The notes under the pieces were generated by a model. The model was given only the letters and a program-made list of their open reading frames with translations, was not told the DNA's origin and did no database searches. From positions 310,001 to 374,000 of the forward strand of contig CDRNVI010000065.1 of the NCBI GenBank assembly GCA_977017575.1: DNA of 64,000 nt. Direction: 5' to 3'. Positions 19,456 to 29,781 of the stretch are shown here, piece by piece. Positions within the stretch are counted from its first letter, which is position 1. The number at the start of each line of letters is the position of its first letter. This stretch comes from Paramoeba atlantica. Its lineage: Eukaryota; Protista; Discosea. Made by a program: the position numbers and the translations under genes.

Positions 19456-19849
19456 AAATCAAGATTGAAGTGTAGTTGTGATTTGTAATTTTGTGCAGCA
19501 AAATTCTAATTATAAATACTGTCTTAGGCAAAATTTTGATCTCATTACTGATAGTATCGATGTCAAAAACAACGCCTTTCTAGTCGGAGTATACTCTATG
19601 TCGGAATATATTTCTGTTGGGGGTCGCCCATCTAAAAGGTGGATTGCAAGAGGATTTATCTCCTTGGTTCCAATCCTTATTTCAATTGTCCGAAAATGAG
19701 TTGAGTTCTCGAGGCAAAGTGCAGCGGAAATCTTTTTCTTTTGGAACAAGAAAAAGAAGCGTTGCAAATATTTACACTACTAGTAAGATACACTTCATTA
19801 TGAGGAGGCCATCGAATGGTCGTCTCTTGTCGCGCATACTTGCACACCC

Positions 19850-21462
19850 GTTTGAGCTGATTTTTGTTGCAAACGAGAGATCTCGTTCTGAATATCGTGT
19901 CTACGCTATTTGGAGCCCGTTTCTGCTAATCAAAAAAAAAAATTCAAAATATTGAAATTTTGGGCAAAATATTTTGCAAAAAGTATCGAAAAACGTAAAA
20001 AAGGCTATTTTTTCTTCTTTTTACCTTACTATGGGCAAACGGAATAGACTAAACCGTCGCCAGCTATCACCAGAACAGTGTTCATATCCTGTGCGCATTG
20101 TCTGCGCACACGAAAGACACCGTGGGACATCTATTCCGGATACGGCACGTATGATGAACTGTTCAGAGAGCTCTGTCTCTCGGTACAAAGCGCGTTTCGA
20201 TGAGTCAGGTGACGTGGCACGTGCACCCTACTCGCGCGATAACGGCGTTGATACGGAGGAGTTCCGAGCCATGCTCTGTGCTATTGTTGATGCTGAGCGA
20301 GACACACAATTCGGGTGTCCGGGGTTTAAATGGGTACATAAGAGAGTGGATAAAGTACTTTATCCATGTAGTCTAAACACCGTGAAACGGAGTTTGAAAA
20401 AGATGGGATATGTCATTAAGACGATGTCGCACAAGCCTTTTTTAACAGCTGAGCACAAGGCTGCTAGACTACAACTTGCTGATTACTTTGAGGGATTCAG
20501 CCCAGATCAGCTGTCTCGTATTGTGTGGTGCGACGAAAAAATCTTTCGATGCGGATCACACGGTAAAAAAATTACGTACCTTGCAAAAATGACTGACCCC
20601 CCCAAGGAAACACCAGTACAATTAGATAGGTGGTATGGGGGGAAAGGAGTTCATGTATTCATGGCCACCAGTCTCCGTTGGGAAGTGCCTGATGCGTGTT
20701 TCCATGAGTTCGCACAAAATGAAACTGTTACAAATGAGGTCTTTTTGAATGCAATGAAAAAACGAAATGGGTTTTTCAACTGGATGCATCGCCGCCCCGG
20801 GGCTACAATTGTCCTTGACAACGCGCCAGGGCATGGGGAAGCCAGGAGAATAGGTAAGTTGGAAGACATCAAAATTATTGATTGGCCTTCGAAATCTCCT
20901 GATCTCAATTTGATTAAGAATTTGTGGAGCATGATGGATAAGTACATCCACAGCCATCTCCGTCCACAGAATCGAAAAGAATTACAAGCGGCTATTCCAA
21001 AGGCCAAGGAATATTTGTTGAACGGATGTCACGAGGCGTATGTGAATACGCTAAAGAGTCTTCCCACGCGCCTCGCTATACTACGTGAGCGTGGAGGTGG
21101 GAATACTGGCTATTAAGACCTACTTTCTGGGTACATTTTGGGCCGTGGTACGTAAAAATTACGAATTTTAGACCCGTTTTTCAATTTGCAAAATCTTTAA
21201 AATTTGAAAAAAAAAATTATAGTACTATAGTATATAGTATATAAGATACTGATTTTGTATTTGTAAAGTCATTTCGCATTTTCAATTAGCGGACACCCGC
21301 CTTCCTCCACTCTTTTACCGCGGAGGATAGTATCGCGGCGTTTAAAATTTCACTTTTGTAACTCATTGGAAATGTTTTCCGGCGAACGTTTTTGTATTTT
21401 AAATAGCGTAGACACGATATTCAGAACGAGCTCTCCCGTTTGCAACAAAAATCAGCTCAAAC
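19850..21462. repeat. 62-bp inverted repeat pair flanking the Tc1 transposase (19850-19911 / 21401-21462)
   Basis: gtttgagctgatttttgttgcaaacgagagatctcgttctgaatatcgtgtctacgctattt versus its reverse complement at 21401, with about 2 mismatches. A Tc1-like end (ggcccccctg|ta) lies at 21512. Confidence 0.85.
19974..21116 (+). mobile_element. Tc1/mariner (IS630-Tc1) transposase, intact ORF (likely start 20031), third catalytic position is Lys
   Basis: HTH region, KPFLTAEHKAARLQLA, IVWCDEKIF, IVLDNAPGH, WPSKSPDLNLIKNLWS (canonical DLNPIENLW). Confidence 0.9.
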
Positions 21463-21835
21463 TGCCTCAGGACGCTAAAATGCGGACCTTGTCAGTTTTC
21501 GTGGCCCCCCTGTATAGATCATCAACCCTGACCAGGTTGAGGGTATAGCGACCCCGCTAAGCGATTCTGCAAAGTCCGATTTTTCACAGAAAGTCCGCTT
21601 CTTACTTGCCCGCGGCCACCGCGTATGGATTCAGGCTATTTGGGGACACAAGGACGACAACGCGCGCCACACTGTCACGGGACGAGTTTATTTTCTCAAT
21701 CCGGAAGACCCAGTGGGGAGTGAGTTAAAGGTGGGACGACGAGCCTGATGTTGAGTATGGGTTTCCGTTTCCTGACCTTCACTATTTCTCCATCGAACTT
21801 GCGAAGCAGGGGTCCGAATAACTTTATATAGTTTA

Positions 21836-22771
21836 TAAACCCCGCCCAACGAATAAGTCACCCCCCACTTTTTCTTACACGTGAGGGCCTACGGGGGTTT
21901 ATGCACCACTTTGCCGTTCAGAATTTCGAGATCTATCCTGCTATTTCTAGCTCATTTTAAAATGTTAAAATATTAAAAAAAATGTTAATTGTTTTTTCGA
22001 AAAAATGCCTAAATCCGCATACCGACTGCCAAAAGGGGGGCTTACGAATAGCGCGAAGGTTCTTTTGAGGATGAGAGACGGGCAGGGAGTCTCAAAAAAG
22101 CAATTGTCCCGCGATTTCAATGTTTCAGTTAAAATGGTAAAAAATATTTGAAAGAAAAAAAACCCACCCCACAGTACGCAATGAGTAACGCAAAAAAAGT
22201 ATTCAGTATCGAAGAGAAAAAATTAAGAAAGTTCTTGATCCTCTCGACCCCGCCGATGTTGTAATGTAAAGACGTTGAAGAAAATACAATTTCCACAGAA
22301 TTGTATGTTTCAACAAGATGGGGCTACGGCACACACTGCCCGTTCCTCTATGGAGCACATTACAGGTAGAATGAGTGATGTACTTAAAAATTGACCCCCC
22401 AATTCACCTGACCTTTCCCCCATAGAAAACGTTTCGTCGATGGTCCAGAATGCGGTGGACGAAAAGACTCCATCGGATAAACCTTCACTTATCCGATGTA
22501 TACGCAAAGCGTGGTCTCGTTTGCCACAAAAGGTGATCGATAAAACTGTTTTGAGTTTTGATGCTCGCCTTAAGAAGTGTATAGAACTCAAAGGCGAAAA
22601 AGTGACAAAATGGAAATTGTAATCTAGAAACGCTAGTTGTTCTTTGTTTCAGCCCACTCTTAGGTGCGCAAAGTTCCTATGGTGAGATCTGCAAAATGCA
22701 ACAAAAATGAGCTCAAACGGCCACTTGGCCGAAAAAAAAGTGGGGGGTGACTTTTCGTTGGGCGGGGTTTA
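21836..22771 (+). mobile_element. Non-autonomous Tc1/mariner-type element with ~39-bp TIRs and TA flanks
   Basis: TA|taaaccccgcccaacgaataagtcaccccccactttt ... aaaagtggggggtgacttttcgttgggcggggttta|TA; encloses a transposase pseudogene. Confidence 0.75.
22307..22622 (+). pseudogene. Tc1-like transposase C-terminal pseudogene
   Basis: FQQDGATAHTA...KN*PPNSPDLSPIENVSSMVQ..IRKAWSRLP..FDARLKKCIELKG; the conserved Trp is replaced by TGA at about 22392. Confidence 0.85.
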
Positions 22772-23833
22772 TATAGGTAGAAAAAATAAAAGTACTATAA
22801 AGTACCTATACTACTTTAAAGCTTTGTGTACCTATAATTTTAGAGGTCGACTTTTTGTGCAATTTGGGTGGGGAATCAGTGCAGTCTGGGTGCTCGGGTC
22901 GCGGAGAGTAGGCCTTGTTGGAGGGAATGATTTTTCTGATTACCTAAAATACATAGGAAACAATATTGCACAGGTATAGTTTTCAGGCAGTTATAGTACC
23001 GAACAGGCTTCATCAGCGTCAGACGTGGAAAACACTTCTACCAGGCCTTCTCTAATCGTCGTTGATAAGCCATGCGATATCGACGATTACATTGTTGAAC
23101 AATGATATCAATGTTTCTGCCTCTAAATTTTCCACTACCAGTTGACTCCAGATTGTAGCATTTCCAGAACACAAGACACATATTGAACATGTTGTTCTAC
23201 CATGGGAATTGCCAGTGTCTGCAACAATGGATCCTGAATGGTCGCGTTTCATACTCCATGATCACACTTCCATTATATCATGGTTTCGAACACCTTTGAA
23301 AGGTTTAGGGATTGACATCAAGTTGCATTTTCAACAGCATTTTCTGTCTCCCGCTTTCTGACTCTCTTCTCCTTCACTATGACTCAGGGATGAAGAGTAT
23401 GAGGTTCGAGTGCTTTTTTCGCAAGCAAAGTTCCACTTTTCCGGCCTGCACCTCCTTGTAAGTAGTACAAGGTCTTATTGCGGGGGTTGTTTACAACCTC
23501 TGCCTCTTCGTCTTTATGGTGGCCGGGTGGGGGTGAATCGAGACGGGTGATAAAATCCCAAAAAAAAGGGGGGGGGCTCGATGAAAGGGGTACTGTTGAT
23601 TTTCATTTTCGCCAAGTCGTCGGGTCCAGTGACTCTACATCTGAGAGGGCTGGGTTCGATTCCCACTGAAGTACTTTTAGTCCGACTACACAGGGATTAG
23701 CTAAGAAGCTTGGGTCCACGATATCGGACGGATTGGTCCATTTGCCTAGCCCACGCATTAGCATGCGCGTTGGAAGGGGGTTCGAACCCGCTACTCGTAG
23801 TTTTTGCACAAACTACATGAAGCACAAACGTCA

Positions 23834-24017
23834 GTGGGAAGCAATTTGCGAAGCCGAAGTGGGGGTATGGCGAGGGCCCGCGTGAGCGGTCCTGAGCCAT
23901 ACGCGACGTCGTTAGTGGGAAGCAATTTGCGAGGCCGAAGGGGTGGTATGGCGAGGGCCCGCGTGAGCGGGCATGAGCCATACGCGGCGTCGTTAGTGGG
24001 AAGCAATTTGCGAAGCC
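23834..24017. repeat. 81-bp tandem repeat, about 2.3 copies
   Basis: gtgggaagcaatttgcga recurs at 23834, 23915 and 23996. Confidence 0.9.
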
Positions 24018-24566
24018 CCGTTTGACAACATTGCTAATAAGGCTGGACAAATTTAGCTCGACTTTCTGTATTACCCGAGCGCCCAGGCATTGAAAAATTT
24101 CAACCAAATAGTACGATTCCAGTGCAAATCACTGACAAAAAAGTAAAGGTAGATAAAGGTAGGGAAAAATAAATATAGTTACTTTAAAGTACCTATAATA
24201 AAGTTTTATAGTTATTCGGACCCCTGCTTGGGAAATAAAGCACATCATGTGCAACAGCGTTGATATTTTGGTGAAAAAGGGTGGATTCTCACATTGGCGG
24301 AAGAGTGACAAGTGTTCTGGACAAGTTATTGTGAATTTTTCACGTATAACGGAACGCTTAAAAGAAGAATTTCCTTCTAAAGATTGTATTTTCAAAAGTG
24401 GTCAGATTGTGGTGGCACAACCGTGAGAATCATAGTGATCTTGTTTCTAAAAAGGTGTCATGCGGTGATTGTCGCCCAGGCACGCTTCCTGCGCATGAGC
24501 CATTGGTAACACATGGTTACCGAGTTTACCATGCATGGTATACCGGTAGGTCACCGGTCACCCGCT

Positions 24567-24754
24567 ATTCCGTCCCATTGTGCACCTTCACCCACCCGTC
24601 TCGTCTCATTTCAGTTTGGTGCGAGAACCAGGCTGGTGGGTTCCTGTATTATAATAATACAGGAACTTATAATACAGGAACCCACCAGCCTGGTTCTCGC
24701 ACCAAACTGAAATGAGACGAGACGGGTGGGTGAAGCTGTACAATGGGACGGAAT
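24567..24754. repeat. Near-perfect 88-bp-arm inverted repeat (hairpin) with 12-nt spacer
   Basis: 24567-24654 is the reverse complement of 24667-24754, with 2 mismatches near the outer end. Confidence 0.92.
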
Positions 24755-25041
24755 TTATGATCGAGCTAACCTCCTCCTGGGAGGAAAACTTTACAGAGGC
24801 TCATGAGCGGAAAGCTCAGAAATACAGCTATATTTATAATCAACGGAAACTACATAATCCGTCGACGTTTCTTCTTGTCTTTGAAGTAGGGGCAAGGGGG
24901 AAGTTAAACTCTACTACGCGCGCTCTAAATTCCCTATTCGCAGGCAGCAAAAGTGCTGCTTCTGCGTGCCGGGAGAAGATGGTCCGGCGCGCTATTCGAA
25001 GTAGTTTTGTAATCTACCAGCACCGTGACAACCCTACGTAG
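24712..25041 (+). mobile_element. C-terminal restriction-like endonuclease (REL) fragment of an R2-group/HERO-like non-LTR retrotransposon
   Basis: MRRDG..MIELTSSWEENFTEAHERKAQKY..FEVGARG..AIRSSFVIYQHR parallels RPD..IELTxPWE..A.ERK..KY..EVGxRG. Confidence 0.75.
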
Positions 25042-25279
25042 GAGGTGCTCAACTTTCAGCAGTGACGACTTCTAAGCAAACAGCACGTTTTGTGCGTGTC
25101 TTCTTTCTCAGTGATTATCTCTGCAGCTCAGCTGCACGATTAATATAGAGCCTTGTTGTGGGCAGTCGTGTGTGAATCTGTAATGTATCCTTCCGAGGAT
25201 TACGGAGACGATTTTCTAAAAATCGTTTCGTCAGTTTATTCTAAGCCAAGAGCAAAAGGAGCTATTAAATATTTAATGG

Positions 25280-25635
25280 CCAGGTACTGGTTTCCCCCCA
25301 GGCTACAGAGCATTCAACCTAATTCCTGTGTAATTCAACTAATCTCGAAAAGCTGGAGCGTTTCCCGCCGTTTGTTTGCCTATCACCCCCCCCTCCTTGG
25401 GTCAAAAATAATTAGAAAACAACGCGAAGAAAGAGCATATTTTTACTAAAACATCCCACTTTTTCAAAAATTTCCCAACTTTGACCATGCCCATCCAGGA
25501 CCCAGGGGGGGGGGGGTGATAGGCAAACAACCGGCGGGAAACTCTCCTGCTTTTCGAGATCTGTTGAATGCCAAAGGAATTAGTTTAAAAGCTATTACGG
25601 TGTGCTCTGTGGGCTGGGGGGAAATCAATATCTGG
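25280..25635. mobile_element. Foldback/MITE-like element with ~125-bp imperfect inverted arms
   Basis: tctcgaaaagctggagcgtttcccgccgtttgtttgcctatcacccccc..gggtc (25343-25403) is inverted at 25499-25560; weaker matching extends to 25280 and 25635. Confidence 0.7.
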
Positions 25636-26081
25636 ACTGTACTACTGTGCCAGTCGTGAGACACATGTTATATTGGTGAAAGATCTCGCCTATTATTTTC
25701 GCAGTGTATAGTGTGATATTAAAAATTCGGCAATATTGGTTCAATCTGACGACGAATTTTTTTTATTAATTCGCCAATATCACAAAGTGACCGACTTGTC
25801 AGTAAAGATTTTTTTTTAATTGGTACAATGCAATACTACTCCCGTACATTCGATCGATCATGATAAGGCAGATAAAAATATTCACGCATAGTAGGCAAGA
25901 AAATAATCATATTTCGAAGAAAAAGTGACAAATCAGTATGCCGTACAGACAGACAGAGTTGTTTCTCAAAAAATAGAAACTAGAGGTACAATAGAAACTA
26001 ATGAAAACAAAGAATTAGATGAACAAAAATTTTGTTTGAAAACGGCAAGGTGCGCATGAAAATTTTATAAGTTCTGAATAT

Positions 26082-29000
26082 TTAAAGAATATTTGTTAAT
26101 TCAAAACGGGACAGAGAATGTAAATTCTGTCCGCGATACAGTGTAACAGGAAACATGAGATCGTAAAACGCTATTTCAGGCCAAGTTGTCTGAAACGTTT
26201 TTGAAACAGAAGCTAGAATACCCTTCACATCGTTCGCTACTGTGTCGATTACACTCTTGTGACAGTCTACCCAGACGCTGTCATGTACAGTATTTGTTAA
26301 AAAAGCCATGTTACCGTAATTATTGTTCCCTACAAAATGCCTCCACAATTTTCCCAACATTACCTGCACTATTTCTGCAGCAAACCCTTGAACAGGATAG
26401 TTCCTCAGTTGTGTATTCGAAACACTAATAGATTCGGAAGTTTTCATCATCACGCCCGTCGAATTACCATCACATACTGCAGAAAGGTGAAAACGAGTTC
26501 CGCTTAGCAAAAACACATTAGACATATCGGTGGGAACTCTGCTTGCACCCTTGTTAGTGAGTTCCAATATCTGTGCGCTGTGAGTTGCTATAGTGCGCAG
26601 CATTCCAAAATATCGCTCAACATCGGCATATGTGGCGTTTTCCGCTTCAATGACTTTCTCAACAGCATCCAAAGAAAGAGAGGTATGCTGGGCGATGGTT
26701 TGAGGGCTTGCCCCATATTGTCGTTGAAACGAAAAAACTTTCGCCTTTTGGCGTAAATTAACCATTCCAGGGTCTTTTTCTCGCACTGATGCGCGCAAAA
26801 TGTTTTCGTACCCAAGTTCTGGAGAAATCATCGCGGCGCGCTTACAATGAAAATCTACACCATCATGGAGGTCGTTCAGCAAATTGCGATCTCCCGATAG
26901 GGCAGCTAAAGCACGAACTTCTAGCTGAGAATAATCTCCCTCAAGCATCATTCCTTCAGAATGAAAACGTGATACAAGCAATTCTCGTATCTCCGCGCGT
27001 TTTGGAATGGATTGTGTGTTTGGATTTCTTGCCGACATGCGTGTTGTTACACTACTCGTCAGCATGAATTCAGTGTGCAGACGGGATACTGAAGAGTGAA
27101 CTAGAGAAAACATTCCACTATCCGACGGATCCGACGAAGGGGTCTCTTTTCCGTTCCGCATAAAAGATGACGACAGCCTACAAAGAAGTCGAAACTCCCG
27201 TAAATCTTTGCTTAAAATACATCCTTTAGATATACAGATCTCAAGAAGGTCGCTGAGTGTAATTTTAAAATTATTTGTCGCATTTCCATCCTCTTCAAGC
27301 AAATCAAGAAAAGCTTCGTCGCGTTCGACAGGATCAGGGCAAACTGCGTAACATAGGGGCATCCGATCCGTAATATGCAGCTTTTGCTTCACAGTATTCA
27401 ACCTTGTAGAGCTCGCAGCAACCTCTTCTTTCGACCATACTCTGCAAGAAAAACTAATATCACACGAGAGGGAACAGTTGGAAAGATACAGCTCAAGGAC
27501 ATTTTCGGCGGAATTCCAGTCAAAATCGATACACCAGCCATCAGGAATACTCTTGCCAAAAAATTGGGTCAAGCCTAAGTTCATTCTCTGGCGCAACGCT
27601 TGTATTTTATGGGCAACATCTGATTTCTTTGACTTGATGGTCTCACATCCCACATATAGCCCATTAAATTCCATTTCAACTGTACATGGCACAATATCCA
27701 TCCGGGCTTCAATAACCAACGCTTGTTTGTTCGCCACAGCGATCTCTAGCTGCCTTCGGAATATGCGCTCCGTATTACGAAGATCCCCCTCAAGGTATTC
27801 ACGAAGCAAATTGGTGTCAATGTCGGCAGTGTCCACTCCGCGGTCCCACATGGCTTTGATTGCATCTAGCTTTCGTGTCCCCCCGTAGCGTACGGCGACT
27901 TCGTTAAGGCCTGCACCCGTTCCTACACGAACCCTCTGGCCGCTAAGCAGATACTCCGCATACATTGTATCCCACACACGTCCTCCGCGACGCAGAAATC
28001 GACGCAGCTCTGGGTCTTTCCATAACCACAGAAGATCAAATTTCAGGTTGTGTCCCACAATCACGTCGTACTCGTCTAATGGTGGGAGTTTCATATCCTC
28101 ACGATGCTGCAATTTCTCTTCTGGAATTGTGAGATTTCCGTTGTAGTCGAGGTACCCTGGGAGAACCACACGATTCTGGTCACAAAAAGGACTCGCCATT
28201 CTCTTATGAAAACATTTTCTGGTCGTGTACATGAAAATGAAAAATGGAGCGCGATAGAAACGTAGCACGCAATTCTCTCTTTTCGCTCTGTCAGCGCTAC
28301 GAAAAAAGTTGAGATATAACTTGGGATCAGCGAACTTTTGGTCGCTAATTACGGGTACATTTTTTCCGGCATTTCGGCTTCCTTGTGTGTGTGATGCTGC
28401 AGGGTGTACGTCCCAATTTCTGTTTTTATATATTGCGTGAGCTAGACGAGAAACTGTGACGCTTTGTGTTATAGTGCATAGTTCGTGCAAGGCTGTTTCT
28501 GGAGCTTGCGCTTCGGAGATAAAACAAGGATGAAGATCCATGGATTTTACTGCTTGTAGTCGGAGGTGTATGTAAGAATTTAAAACAAAGGGTGATGTTT
28601 CTGAAGTCATGCAAGAGTTCCACATATCAGCGCACTTAAATGTAAACTCAAATGAAGCACCCGAGCATGGTATTAACAAGACAGCCCCTGTAAGTCTCTG
28701 GTATTTCTTTTCGGCACCATTCGTGTACTTTCGAGGCCGGAAAAACTTGGTATGAAGCGCATGCAAAGCTTCGCTCTCGGATGCGCAAGCCTCTGAAAAA
28801 TATACTTTAGATGCATTAATTTCATTTTTTGATTCTATTGGACCCTGAACTAATGATAATGGCATTAGCAGTGCTGAAATTTTGACAGACTTGCCTGAAT
28901 GGTCCCGTGTATTTGCTAAGGAAATAAAACATATTGAAGCGGGGTTACGCATGAATTGAGAAACAACGATCTCCTTTGATTTTTCAAACGCGGCCAATCG

Positions 29001-29453
29001 TTTCAGCTCATTAAGTTGACGGCGCACTTCGTTGGCTTCTGATAAAGAGTCGTGAGTGGGATTATCACTTCGTTTGACGTCGCTATTCTTGTAGTTTTGC
29101 TTAAATCTCTCTTGCATTGTTTTGATAGAATCTGTTGTAGGGAGATTAGTCAAAAATGAGAAGTGATCAATATCGAATCCCGTATCAGCTGGAATGACGA
29201 TCGGTATTAGTGGAGAAGATAAAGTTTCTTGTTTGCGCACCTGTTGACTTACCCACTTTTTGCAGTCTTCGATGCATGAAGAACTTCTTAAATCGACGTC
29301 GCGATGAGATCCTGTACTGACTTCAATCAAGGTAAAGCAAGATACTGGAATTGAAATTTTACTGAAGCCTTGATGCCGCAAGGTTCCTAGGCAAAAAAGT
29401 GCAGACATTTGTCTTGTTACATCGCATGACACCTCAATAGAAGTTTTATTCAA
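26082..29453 (-). CDS. Family A DNA polymerase (kinetoplast Pol I-like), ExoI motif degenerate
   Basis: ExoII HNLKFDL, ExoIII YLEGDL, TTRMSARNPNTQSIP, motif A EGDYSQLE, motif B RQKAKVFSFQRQYG, NYPVQG, motif C TVHDS. Confidence 0.93.
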   Translation of the reverse strand: MNKTSIEVSCDVTRQMSALFCLGTLRHQGFSKISIPVSCFTLIEVSTGSHRDVDLRSSSCIEDCKKWVSQQVRKQETLSSPLIPIVIPADTGFDIDHFSFLTNLPTTDSIKTMQERFKQNYKNSDVKRSDNPTHDSLSEANEVRRQLNELKRLAAFEKSKEIVVSQFMRNPASICFISLANTRDHSGKSVKISALLMPLSLVQGPIESKNEINASKVYFSEACASESEALHALHTKFFRPRKYTNGAEKKYQRLTGAVLLIPCSGASFEFTFKCADMWNSCMTSETSPFVLNSYIHLRLQAVKSMDLHPCFISEAQAPETALHELCTITQSVTVSRLAHAIYKNRNWDVHPAASHTQGSRNAGKNVPVISDQKFADPKLYLNFFRSADRAKRENCVLRFYRAPFFIFMYTTRKCFHKRMASPFCDQNRVVLPGYLDYNGNLTIPEEKLQHREDMKLPPLDEYDVIVGHNLKFDLLWLWKDPELRRFLRRGGRVWDTMYAEYLLSGQRVRVGTGAGLNEVAVRYGGTRKLDAIKAMWDRGVDTADIDTNLLREYLEGDLRNTERIFRRQLEIAVANKQALVIEARMDIVPCTVEMEFNGLYVGCETIKSKKSDVAHKIQALRQRMNLGLTQFFGKSIPDGWCIDFDWNSAENVLELYLSNCSLSCDISFSCRVWSKEEVAASSTRLNTVKQKLHITDRMPLCYAVCPDPVERDEAFLDLLEEDGNATNNFKITLSDLLEICISKGCILSKDLREFRLLCRLSSSFMRNGKETPSSDPSDSGMFSLVHSSVSRLHTEFMLTSSVTTRMSARNPNTQSIPKRAEIRELLVSRFHSEGMMLEGDYSQLEVRALAALSGDRNLLNDLHDGVDFHCKRAAMISPELGYENILRASVREKDPGMVNLRQKAKVFSFQRQYGASPQTIAQHTSLSLDAVEKVIEAENATYADVERYFGMLRTIATHSAQILELTNKGASRVPTDMSNVFLLSGTRFHLSAVCDGNSTGVMMKTSESISVSNTQLRNYPVQGFAAEIVQVMLGKLWRHFVGNNNYGNMAFLTNTVHDSVWVDCHKSVIDTVANDVKGILASVSKTFQTTWPEIAFYDLMFPVTLYRGQNLHSLSRFELTNIL
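27685..28196. repeat. ~510-bp block nearly identical to 31925-32436 (exonuclease region of both PolA genes)
   Basis: Offset of 4240 bp; I found about 4 mismatches by eye. Confidence 0.9.
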
Positions 29454-29781
29454 TATTTTTCGAAGAAATAATTTTTTTATTCCAGTAAGTTTCTCATTTG
29501 TTTCCTTTTACGTACAGGACCCTACTTATCGTACATTGTATACATTTACTATCCCAGGCTTATCTTATGACGCCCCTTACGAAACGTCCGAAAATTTGTT
29601 CGATGAAGCATTCTACATTCAGTCTCTCAAAGCTTACTCTATGCATATGGATACAATTCGAAATTAAATGAGGGGGCAAAATATGGGTTATTAAAAGGCA
29701 CTTATTTTGATATAGTTTACAAAAAAAATAGTTTACATTCAACCTATTTTTGTGCTCGTCGATATACAGATATACGGTGGA

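Noticed and set aside
22392-22394. TGA read as Trp (alternative genetic code)
   Set aside because: Host genes use TGG for conserved Trp and long ORFs are open in the standard code; this TGA lies in a decayed transposase.
23050-23460. Possible further transposase remnant on the minus strand
   Set aside because: Only a GSVIM-like word; no consistent motif series in any frame.
23612-23800. Functional tRNA gene
   Set aside because: Only a B-box-like motif; I could not fold an acceptor stem or full cloverleaf.
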